A stretch of DNA of 61,000 nucleotides, the filler included, from Sphacelaria rigidula (taxonomy: Eukaryota): the NCBI GenBank assembly GCA_964200075.2. It is 8 parts of 8 records of this genome, joined end to end, with 100 filler letters (N's around TTAATTAATTAA, not from the genome) between each part and the next. Parts side by side here need not be neighbours in the genome. Positions count along the whole stretch, not along the records: positions 22,915 to 30,452 come from CAXNAA020014442.1; positions 30,553 to 38,089 come from CAXNAA020014443.1; 6 more parts are not named here. One strand, 5' to 3'. A program made the position numbers and the translations under genes. Each line of letters opens with the position of its first letter. Position 1 is the first letter of the stretch. Shown here one piece after another: positions 25,075-36,689 of this stretch. The notes beneath the pieces were generated by a model. That model saw nothing but the letters and a program-made list of their open reading frames with translations, was not told where the DNA came from and made no database searches.

Positions 25075-25432
25075 ACTGCTGGCCCAGCTCGTATCAAAAT
25101 CAATATCGATACCGGATATTGATATCGTTCATATATTTATTTATTTTTCTACCGGAGGAGGGTGGGGGGGGGGTGGAAAGCACATCTTGCCCCCTTTTTC
25201 GCATGCCTCCGCCCACCATCCATCACCCCACTTCCCACCATCCCGCCACCCACCAGACTCCACACTCCACACACACCACACAAGAAAAAACGCAACAAGC
25301 TGGGCACCGAAGCGGTCAACAACTTGGTGTCTTTTCTTGAGTGCCACGGAGTCGGGTGGCAAATGGGCGATTCGAACCCGGGGGGCAAAAACGAAGGCGC
25401 TCATGAGCAATCGCCGCAGTGGCGTCAACTTG
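25075..25432 (+). mobile_element. Non-autonomous hAT-like element retaining a transposase C-terminal relic
   Basis: Begins with gctggcccagctcgta, inverted relative to 24030-24046, followed by ATCGAT-rich subterminal DNA. Encodes KKRNKLGTEAVNNLVSFLECHG, resembling the RNRLSxExVxxLxFL end of the hAT dimerisation domain. Second copy at 54815-55225 (-). Confidence 0.6.
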
Positions 25433-27487
25433 CCGGCGTTCCTATAGTGTTTGCACGTTGCAGCTGGTAGTGTAGCGGCATCTTGTATGCAGACAACAGA
25501 AAGGGAGCGAAAGAGTACAGCGGATCCCTTGTGAATGTTTCAAGTCGGCGGGAGTGTTTCGCGTGTGAGGGTAGAGGGCCATTTCATATCCTCATCATAT
25601 CCATGTTTTTCTACAAGCTTTTGAATTATATTGCTTTGGCGTTTATGTGTCAGGAGAGTTTATTCTTCGTTTTGTATCCAATAATCAAAATGTTGGACGT
25701 ATGGTGCCGACTTTTCCCCTTGTTTGGTGTGGAGACCAGAAAAAGCGAGCGCGCATGCATCTGCATTTCATCAATTATCGCGCGGTTTCGAGGTTTGGCG
25801 CGTTTGTTTTTGAATACTGAGGAGTGCGTTCGCAGTGCGCAGTGCGCAGAGTCGAGGTGAACGCTCAAATTCGATCGAAACATGACGGAATAGTGGCCGC
25901 GAAATATTCTCTGGTATATCACCGGTTTGAACAACACACCATGTATCACGCGTCACACCTGGCGTTGTGATCAACTACCTTTTCTGCGACTTGCCTCTTG
26001 CACGACGAAGAACCAGTTTCATTAAACCGAAACATCGCGCCGGGTGTGTTGTGCCGCCACTTTTATAATGCCAGATGACAAATCACACACTGGTGCTGCT
26101 GTACCTTCATATAATCAGGCGTGCACCCACTCCGCGTTAGGTGTCTAGTGTGTGTCAGTGTAGTACCGTGAGGTCTTGCGAGCTGCGTCCCCACCAAAAC
26201 AGCCGTCTCGCATCGTAATAGGTATCGAGTATCAGTATCGAGTATCGATACAGATCGGGTCATTTTCCGCGTATCGGGAAAAATATCGGTATCGACGTCT
26301 TGACGTCGATACTATGAAAATATCGTATCGAACTTTTTTTTCCTTTCGATAATCAACACCGCGAAACACCCTCTTACGAGTGTTCGAAGATGCCCCCAAC
26401 CGCAATATTTCTCGCCGTTATTGCCGCAGGCTGTGCCGCAGCGTTCGCCCCATTGCCAGCACCTTGCAGGGCAAGTTCTCTCAACATGATTGCGCTGTAC
26501 GCCAGAACGATGACAGAGCGATGAAGGAGGGGTTCAGCCGTTGTATCCCGCACCCTTCACTATTTCACAGCTTGTTCTACCATGGGTCGTGCGGTGTGTC
26601 AATCACTCCGAAGGGGTCTCAAGTCTCCAGGCCGTAGAAACAAGTAAAAAGAAGTGTGGCCTCTTGGAGTCTCCAAGCTGCAGAAATTGGTGAAAATAAG
26701 GGTTTGCTATATTCTTCGGCCAATCGATCTTGTGCCGTGTGTTTCGGTGGACGGCGGCTGTGAAAAGTCGATATTAGTCAAATAGAGGTACACTTGGGAT
26801 ATAATATGAGACAGCATAAGATACAATGAGGTACAAGATAAACTTATTATAGTAGTTAAGGGCATACCTACCCCACTGTCGGACAAAATAAGGTACTCTG
26901 CGAGGCCGTTGTTTCCCCCAGTGCTGTTCGGCCCTAAATTGCTCTCTATCTTCGCGAAAGTTAGTTTACATGCTCTGCATGGGCTGCGGACACCTTGCCT
27001 TCGCGTCGGGATTGATTTTTGAGTATTTCGGGCCAAGCACGGACAGCTCCAACTTTTGCGCGGTAACCTGTACCTTCGTTTGGGCTGAAACAGGTGGTAT
27101 TGTACCCGCTTTTTTTTTGCTTTTGGCCACAATCAAATCAACTTTTGATGAAAAAAAATCAATGCTTGATAAGTTATTGGTGTACAACCCTATAACAACT
27201 CTATCACGAAGTCAACCGTGTGTGTGTGTTTGTAAGTTTGCGCCGATAACTTGTAAGCCGTACTCGTACGAGGCCTGGGAGTAGGGAAGTGACCATTTCG
27301 ACAGTCGAGATAAATCAGAATGATCACTTTGTTTCCCTACAATTGGACTGTAGATGGACTACCTTGCGGCGGAGCAGTGTTTAACGACTTGTGTTAACAA
27401 CCACTAAACCATGGAATCATAATCAAACGGCGTGCTTTTTACTTTGCTCGTGCGAGTAGACTTTGCCGCCTTCCTGACCCCTCTTAA

Positions 27488-27586
27488 CCCTTAGACCGCG
27501 AGGTTAGTCTTCTGTTGAATCGGCATCAATTTCAAGGGAAACAAAGTATGCATGGTGCAGATAAGACTACCCTCGCGGTCTATGGG
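27488..27586. mobile_element. piggyBac-like MITE
   Basis: TTAA|cccttagaccgcgagg ... cctcgcggtctatggg|TTAA. Confidence 0.9.
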
Positions 27587-27759
27587 TTAAGTTGCCAGCA
27601 TAGCCCCAGTCTGTGTTTTTGTTGTAAACACCACTGTAAAAGACGCCAGCAGCTAACAGTAGACTGTTCAGCTGAGAGCAACGACACACTGGCTGTTTCT
27701 TACCGTTGTTTTGAGTCATCGATGATGAAAAAAATCGCATGTACAGTAGAGAGTGACAA

Positions 27760-28093
27760 TCATCCCACCTATTCTGCATCTCAGTGTGCACCTCTCGGTA
27801 TATTGCATGATATATACGGGCGCATCAGCCGGGGTCATACGTTCACGCCGGAGGAAGGCCAATACAGGAGTTTCATTTTTATTTTATTTTTCGTGCTCCA
27901 CCTTCCTTCGGCGGTGCTTGTCTTCCTTTGTCATCGCGAGAAAGGTTCAGCGGTCCTTTTTCCTCGTCAACCGTCAAGTCGAATCTTGAGTACGCACGAC
28001 ATTTTCGCTCCCCACTGTTGTTGAGCATGATGTGAGGAAAATCCCAGGCCGTGTGATTTCACCGAGATTCGAATCCACAACTCAACCGTCACA
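27760..28093 (-). mobile_element. SINE copy
   Basis: Reverse complement of the 10272-10732 body, with an empty site where the MITE sits in that copy. Confidence 0.75.
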
Positions 28094-28785
28094 AAGTTGC
28101 AAGAGAGTACAGGCAGTACAAGAAAGAGCAAATATGAAACAATGAGACATGCCTGCAACGTCAAAGGCTCGGGGTGTGCCACCTCTGCCCCAAAAGTACC
28201 ACGGCTACTGCGGAAGCGTAGATGAGAGAAGATGGTGCATTATGCTGTTTGCATATATCGCAGCCGTGGCCGCTGCCAGCGTGCGCCCCTTGAAAACCAT
28301 CAAAGTATGTACCCCCGTGAAACCGGAAACTACCCAAGCCGTTTCTTGTCGAGACCAAACAAAGAAGCGGGAAGAGGAACGAGCGCCCAAAAGCACATGT
28401 AGCTTGATCGCCGCAACCATAGACCCGCCCAGTGACCAATCAACATGCTGCTGCTTTCGGACGCTTGTTCCTTTTCCTGCTCCCCTTGTTCCTTTTCCTG
28501 CTCCCCTTGTTGGTCTCGATAAAACACGGCCTAGTAGAGACACACGTACGCGTACTAACTCCGCATGCACTTGACTACAGGCTCGAAAAACCGTCAGGGT
28601 TTCTCTGGGACTTTCTGCATACAGGTATTGTTCAACATCCACATGTCCACATGTTCACGGAAAAGGCGTCTCGTCTTCTTGGGAAAAAAAAGTGTTCCGA
28701 CCAGGAATCCACTTCTTACTCGAATCCTGAATGTGGAATAGTCCGTCTGAGTCCGTCAGAGGGGGTTTCGCGGCCAAGGGCTTAA

Positions 28786-29011
28786 CCCTTATTAGACGGC
28801 CAGAGTAGGTCATATGGTAATTTTCATTATTATTTCCCCACATTTGTCCGATCTTGCGAACCCGTGGTCACAGACGTAGCCTCGCCTTTCCGATAACGTC
28901 CCTGTTGTTCCTTACAAGACATACTCGTTCTATCAAAATATTTAATTGGCAACAATTTCACTTGGAAAATAGTATGCATGATCCACGTGGACTACCCTTG
29001 CGGTCTAAGGA
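28786..29011. mobile_element. Longer, diverged piggyBac-like MITE
   Basis: TTAA|cccttattagacggc ... cttgcggtctaagga|TTAA. Confidence 0.6.
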
Positions 29012-29065
29012 TTAACGGAAGAAGGAACCGATGATGGGACTGAGAATGAAAAACATATTATAAAT

Positions 29066-29398
29066 AGCCCACTCGTGGCACTCATTTTACGTTCCCTTTC
29101 GTTTCTCATGCTAATTCTCACAAACATCGATGTAATGAGAGTGTTTCTTGTTTGTGAGAACGGAACAACAATTCGGTGAGAATGCGAAAGGAAATGTGAA
29201 TTGGTTGCCACGCGTAGGCTATTTATCGTTCTCTATTTTATTCTCACAATCTCGTGTGCAGTGCACGCGTGGTGACTATTTTGCGTTCCCTCGCGCATTC
29301 TCATTCTTATTCTCACATAAGTAATTTGTCTTGAATGACAGAACAATCCGATGTAAAATGCGAAGGGGGACGTGAAATGAGTGCCACTTGCGGGCTGT
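29066..29398. mobile_element. MITE
   Basis: Inverted termini agcccactcgtggcactcattttacgt and acgtgaaatgagtgccacttgcgggct. Confidence 0.65.
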
Positions 29399-30452
29399 TA
29401 ATCGTTATCATCCTCCTTCTTCCCGAAGTCTTATCAGCATTATCCCCGTTAGTTCCTATCGGCAAATATTTGTCTTTTTTCTCACAAGTGTTTCTGAGTG
29501 GTAACAGATTCTCTCCACAGCCTGTTTGAGTCCTCTCATGGAGTTTTATTTTGTCCAGGTAGAAGCTCACATCTGTACACAGGATCAGAAATGCGGCGGT
29601 TGTGGATGTGGCCGTTGGTCCAACATCTCTTTAGTGTTGAAGACGAGACGCAAAAACAAGGAAACACCGACACACCGAGCACCGAAAACCACGCACCGAC
29701 ACTCCACACTCACGCGCATTAGCTCCAGCCCTAGCACTTGCTCATCCACGCAAGGCAGTTTTCGTTTTACGCAAACCCGTGCTGTATTGGAAGAAATGCG
29801 GCCGCGTGCGTGCCAATCCACACCAGTGAATGTGCAGGTGCTGATGGTTTGTGAGCGCGTGCTGTGCGCGCGACCTGCACAAATATTCGTTCCTCATTAA
29901 ATTCTGAACATATTGGTGCAAGGTCACGCACGACGTGCTTAGCTGACGAGCAGCTCCGCCACGAGCTGTGCGTTCCTGGTTTGCGGGGGGCAATGAGTTT
30001 CTCAGGTTCACCTCTGATTGTGTCGGGTTGTGTCAAATCTTTGAAGGTGTGATCCCCTGTCGACCGGACGTGAACGTGCCACTCCGGCCTGAAAATACAA
30101 TCGTTTTCCCGAAAAAGATCTTCGGGCGCTTTTTTGGGAGGGCCGTTTTGAGGGAAACGATTCGGAGAAGAAAAACCAATCGTCTCCGATAAGGAACTGC
30201 GCAGTGAATGCGATCACTTTTTGGCGTCGGAAATATCTTGGAACCCCCAGAATTTTTGGCTCAAAAATTTCCCATGACAGTTGGTCTGTGGCGTGTTCTT
30301 ATCGGAGACGATCGATCGTTTCTACTCAGATCGTTTTCCTCAAAACGACCTGTGATTGGCCGCTGCGATACCCCCCCCCCAAAAAAAAAAAAAAAAACAT
30401 AGACCCAAAAGGTTCTTGCGAAGATAATTTTGCTTTCTTCCCGCCCCCCCCC

Positions 30453-30552
30453 NNNNNNNNNNNNNNNNNNNNNNNNNNNNNNNNNNNNNNNNNNNNTTAA
30501 TTAATTAANNNNNNNNNNNNNNNNNNNNNNNNNNNNNNNNNNNNNNNNNNNN
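30453..30552. other. Artificial contig-joining linker
   Basis: N44-TTAATTAATTAA-N44. Confidence 0.98.
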
Positions 30553-33500
30553 CCAAAGACTAGCGCAACGCAAGTGTGGAAGGATGTTTGACACACTTAT
30601 GAGCCTCTTTTTTCGTGCAACCAAATACCCCCCCCCCTATCGTAGGATGACTCTCGGGTGGTACACGGAGTTGTCAGAATAACGTTTTTGGTGGTGCGCA
30701 GGGCGTTAATTTCTGGGCTGGCTACGTTGGTACTGGATACAGTCTGTGTGCATGGGAGTACGTGGGGCTGCTGGTAAGGGCGTTTGGAATCTTAGCAAAA
30801 CAAACTGTGGGGCCCTCACTTCGGAGGAACATCGCGATGCAAGTTCATTGATGCCAATCCTTTGATGGTATCGATTTTGAAATACGGTAGTGGTGGTTTC
30901 AAAACAAGATACCACTGCATTACCCGTATGCGTCGGAGGGATGTTTGTCACCCTAGGGGGAAGTTCAATACAGTTTGAGTGGTATGTCGAGGAAGTGTAT
31001 GCAATACATGCCTTGACATACAGCTAGGGGCACATGGGGGAACAACCCGAAATTGAAAAACACCCGTCCGTATGATGCAGAGGTGCAGAGGTGGGATGCA
31101 ATGGAATATCCGACGCGTTTGGTTCGGACAGTGTCCGTGCGCATGATGTCGTCAATACCGAGTTTCCCATACTTCACCAGCGCTCTCTCAAATTGCACCC
31201 TCACTACGAAAGTAGGAGAGCGGGACGTTTGCATGCTGGTGTACTGTATGTGGAAACTGAGATCCTTCAAACCTAAGAGCCAGTGGCTCGAACAGGATAT
31301 CGATCCAAGCACCACAACTTGTATGTGGTGCTTTGAAGCGCAATTCGTGACTGGGATAAAGATTTTTGATGGACAGACTACGAAACACAAGCGGCTACAC
31401 ATCCCCAGCAGGCTGAGCTGGGTGACGCATGCTTCAATGTGTAATGGTGTCGAAAATCCATGTGAAAAAAAATCACACACTCAGGAAGCGCGGCGCACAC
31501 CTGCAGGGTGGAAATAGCACTGCCGCTGAACCCCTGTGTGTGTAGAACACTTGTGTGAAGCGGAGCAGAACGGAATTGACCCACAAGCTTCGGTCGGCAT
31601 CTGGAATGATGCTCCAACACGAGGGTTGCGCGCGGAAACGTTATCTATGGTACTCTACCGGAAGGGCAGTACTCGTGTGATCAACACCAAGGAAAAGAAG
31701 AAAAAGGCGACCGAACATCGTGTAGTGTTACAGACTACTGGCGATGGCCGCATTTGTCTATCGATCGTGGTCCAATTCAAAGACGGTGTTTCTGCCGTAG
31801 CATATATGTCCTGTAGTGCCGAATTACCCGAACACGTGTACGTATTCGAGAAGATGTGACACTCGACTGCAGTCGTATCACATGCCTGCGACAAATTAAA
31901 TGAAACACTTCGGCGACGAATAGATATTGAGTGCAGGCACACCTGTCGCTGAACAGCTCGTGGTGCGGGGTTGGTGGACCGTATCGGAACCATGGCAAAA
32001 ATGTACTATGGGTACAACCCGACTCTAATTTACTGTACTGCAATACAGTGTACTTCAGAACAAGCACAAAACAAAGAAAAACTCTTCCGTTCGTGCACCA
32101 AGTGCAGTGTTTCGAGTTACCCTGCGCACTACAGAAAGTTCAGAGAGAGTTCAGTACTGGAGAGTACATAGAACCAAAGCATTCGTAACCACAACGTCGG
32201 TGTTTCGGCCAGGATACCGATTTGATCACGACCGCGGGCATGAGCTACGGAAACTTGCAGGCCACAGTGAATAGACCACTCGAAAACACTAGCAGATCTA
32301 CCAGTAGATGGGAGTTGTTGACAGCGATGCTGAATAGTGCAGCATCCAATGCTGCCACGAAAAAAACACACAAAAACGAAACAAAACATACATTCGGGAT
32401 GGAGCATCGTCCATTGCAGCAACGCTCTGCCGATAGGAGGCTACATGCGTGGGCACATACAATTTGGTGTGAGAACTGCGGGAGGAAACAATTTGGTTCG
32501 TCTGTACTCATGTGTTGCGTTGTGGGGTAGCTTTACTTGCCAACGGCAAACACGAAACACCGGAAAGGGGTGCTTGTGTCTTGCTGTTGGGCTCATCGTT
32601 CGTCGGTCCACCACCTCAAAACATCACACAATAGTGCACACACAAACGTGTGCAATGTGCACATGTAACGGAAACAGGCCACCCAAGAACGTGCACAGAT
32701 GTGTGCAGTTACTCCGCATGTGTACATAAAAGACAGTGAGTAGATACTCCGCATGTTTTCATGAAAGAGTGTAGGAACGGAGCAAAAGGACTCCTACACA
32801 GAACCGAAAAAAATGTGCATATCTATATATCAGCAAGGCATCGATGCGCTGCCGCTGAAGAGTACCGTACACAAACCAACCTCGGCGTTCGCGGCGAAGT
32901 GGTCGGGTGGTGGATTTCTTCCACCACGACCCATCGATATGGGTAGCGATGCTGTGATGTCGTGGCATCACAAAAACAATCAAGCAGAGCAATGTACAGC
33001 AAATAGACTGTACCAGGTACCATATATTGCTCCGCACGCATGAAGAGCGACTCCCACACTGGAAGGGTCTTGTGCTGCACACACGGGTTTCACAGGCGTG
33101 CGCAAACAAACTGAAAGCAAGGGAATATGGCCGGTGCTGATATAGAAATGGAACGTCGAGAGTGGTGTAGAGTGCACACCGTGAACAAAGTGGTGTAGTG
33201 GCGTACGATGATAATCCTCGGTGCTCTCGACGCAGCCCGCTTGGGGCTTCTTTGTTCGGACCTGAAACCAATTGTACACGTACTGTTTTGCGCCGGAAAC
33301 GGGGTAGGCAGCAAGGGAACGATCGCAGATTGTCCAGAATCCACAAAACCAAAGCACACCATACACAATAGCTAGCGCGGAGGTGCACGCTGATGCGACG
33401 ATCGTTACTTGTGTCGGCGGCAGCCAGGGGCGAACGTGTGCAGAGAAGGAGCTCCAAAGACGAGAAAAAAATCGCGCAGCTGTAACAACAGCAATTCCGT

Positions 33501-34550
33501 AGGCGGGAAAACGAAAATGCTTGGGACTAAAAAGTGCGACTGACAGTTATAGCACGCGTAAGATACTCACATAGGCACGACTGTCAACACAGTCGACACG
33601 ACACACCACAAAACGCTTAATGTAGGCGGCACGGTAGTGCGCGCTACTACTACTAGTGTTACTGCTGCAGGCGGCAGTCCAGGACAAATCAGCGTACAGG
33701 AGCGCGAGGGAAGAGAACAAAATTGAGTCGCGGGGCTGAAACAGGTCGTTACACGGGAAAACTATATGCAGGAGACACCCTCAGGGGAGCAGACAGGAAC
33801 ACCTTGCAACGCAGTAGGCAGCACACAACAAGAGCTTGATCGCTACAAGCTGACACCCCATATATTATTAATTATCCCACCTAAAGCCCCATATATTATG
33901 AACTTATGGCCAAATCGCCTTGGAGAAGGCAGCCTCAGTCCACCTTTGCCCTGATGTTCTCACGAACAGAGGCTCAAGCGGTAGGAGCTAGGTTGCAAAG
34001 CGCTCAGCAGAGTGCAGTAAATCAATACAGACCCAATGCTGTGACAGCAGCAGTAATCGAATCCGGGTGTCCACACAAGCAAGATAGATTATCTCTTTCT
34101 AATTCACAATACGAACCGGAGCCAGTAGTTTCCCCAAGACTACAACTCTCCAGTAAGGACTCACTTGGAACTCACACCAACGGCGGCAAGGCTGATGTTA
34201 TCCTGGGCCCAAAAATGAAGGGAGCTCAGATGCGCTCGGGGCGCCAGTATGACTACCTTACGCAGGAATTATATCCGTCACTGATCATGATACGATAACC
34301 AAAGATCGGATATCCTCCATCCAACGAACGTTCCGGGAATACTATCCGTCGTGCACATGATCAGTCGATGTGCAGACATCAACCATACTGTATCACCCAT
34401 CAACTACTCGGAACACAATGTATATTTGTATCTTCCAACAAGCTGACATGCCTTGACAGCCGACCGAGAGTCATATCCAACGTCCATTTACTCTGACACC
34501 CATGGCGCCGCGGAACCTTATCCACGCCAGTTACTTCAAATACCACAACA

Positions 34551-36389
34551 TGTAGGTGTGAACCCTTTTGTGCGCAGATCCTTGTCGATTGTTGAGTTCC
34601 AAACGCTTGGAGATTGACGCAGCCCGTACAAGCTCTTGCGCAGACGCCAAACCAGCTGCTTGTCAGTGGTGCTGTCGAACTTTTCGAATCGTATCACCAC
34701 TTCGGAGAGGGTACCGTTTAGGAACGCTGTCCGCACATCCATGGCGATGACAGGCCAGTTCTGGGCAGTCGCTATCGCCGATAGAAGCCTTTGGCTTCCA
34801 ACCCTGCACACAGGTGCAAATATGGTGAAACAATCTATGCCGTGCTGTTGCGCCCAGCCCTGAACGACGACTCTTGCCATGAACCGCCCATCCGTTTTGA
34901 TCCGATAAACCCAGCGCGTGCCGATGATGGAGCAACCGGCGGGTACGGAGTCGAACGGGACGAGATCCGCCACGTCGCGGTCGGCCACGCTGTTCATTCC
35001 TTTGTCCATGGCCTTTTTCCATTCCGCTGCGTGGGGTGAGTCCATGGCCTACTTGTAGGTGTTGGGCACTTGGATGGCTGCAGGAGGAAGAACTTGATCG
35101 ATGCCCACTGCTCCGATGTACGAGGTCACTGAGTCCAGCATCGCTTGAGATGAATCCTCCTGCGCGAAGTTGAGCTGTCGTAGCGCCCGAGCCTGTGATG
35201 GATTATTCATCTCTGTTTGGAAAGGATCAATGGATCCGGATAAACGCAGTCGTCGTGTAGAACCCAGTGTTTCCTTGAAGCGCTGTTCCTGTCGGTTGTT
35301 GATATCGTGATCTTCGCCGCTGTCCTTGTTGGAATCCAGAAATGCAATTCCGTCGTGGATTTGCTCCAGATCCGCCGTGTCGACCGATGATTCTTCTTCT
35401 TCACTATCCGGAAGATTGGTACAGCTCAGGGGTTCCGGAACCGGCTCGATGAAGGTGACATTCCGGGAGGTTGTAATGCGTCCCGTAGCCCGATCGTAGA
35501 TACGAAAGGCTGGGCTGTCGTCGTTGTAGCTAACCAAAACACCTTCCCACGCTTTTGGCTGCAGCTTGGTGGTATGACCTTCGACGTGGACGAAGGCCCT
35601 GGAGCCGATGATCCGAAGAAAGGAAAGGTTTGCCTGCTTGCCGAACATGCGATGGTAAATCGTGTCCTCTTGTAGAGCCTTGTGCGGTAGGCGGTTCATG
35701 AGGAATACCGCAGTTGCCGCAATCTCCCCCCATAGGTGCTTAGGCAGACCCGCTTCGTTCAGGAGGCAGCGGGTCATGTCAATGATGGTCCACCCGTCAC
35801 GCTCCGATATGCCGTTTTGTTGCGGCGTGTGCGGGGAGCTGAACTGCTGTATGATCCCCGTAGTTTTGCAGTAGTCCCGAAACGCAGTGCTGACATATTC
35901 CCCGCCGTTGTCCGAATGTAGTCGGTGTACCCGTCGACCGAGTGGAATGGCGAGGTCTTGAACGAACCGTACCAGAGAAGAAAGGGCGTCACTTTTCCTG
36001 TCGAGGAAGTAGACGGCCTTGAGCCTGGAGTAATGATCGGTAAACTTGGCCATGTACTGGTAGCCACCGATCGCAGTTGGAGTAACGGGCCCTAGAAGGT
36101 CCGTGCTGACGAGTTGAAGTCGTTGCGTGGCGTCTGTGCTCCTGGTCTTGGGATGATTCCGCTGTGTGCTTTTGTTTATCTTGCACGTCCCGCACGCTGA
36201 AAAGGAGTCGGAAAACGCGACCCCGCTCTCTTTTATCCACCCGATTTGAAGTAGCACTTGCGAATTGGGATGTCCGAGTCGCTGATGCCACGTGTTGGCC
36301 ATCGATGTAGTCGCTGATGCCACGTGTTGGCCATCGATGTAGTCGCTGATGCCACGTGTTGGCCATCGATGTAGCCGTTGAGGTGGCAC
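34551..36389 (-). pseudogene. copia integrase plus N-terminal RT, with an in-frame TAG at 35049-35051 and RT truncated before the YVDD motif
   Basis: PNTYK*AMDSPHAAEWKKAM continues in frame. Homology stops at KGFTPT; no RNase H is seen. Confidence 0.9.
36278..36373. repeat. Perfect 32-bp triplication inside the copia pol
   Basis: gtcgctgatgccacgtgttggccatcgatgta x3. Confidence 0.95.
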
Positions 36390-36689
36390 ATGCTGTTTGC
36401 TTTTCCGTGTCCTGGATCAAAGAGGCACTGGATGCCATATTAGCTCTTTCAGGCGGCAGATTGGCGCCAGAGACGGTCATAAAACCGTGTTGAGTGCAGA
36501 TTATGTCCGGTGCGATAGCCAGATCCAAGTAGTACATGGTGGTGCAGGAGCTGTCCTGTCGAAGAGACAGCTTGAAGTTTCCTATTCTAATGAAAGAGAA
36601 ATCATCAAAAACCAATGACATCCCTCTTTGCACTGCTGTTCCTCCCGAGAACAGGTGACGACCCGCAGGACCTTGTGCTCGGCTCCGGT

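Noticed and set aside
36278..36373. CRISPR array
   Set aside because: No spacers, eukaryotic context, no cas genes; it is a tandem duplication within pol.
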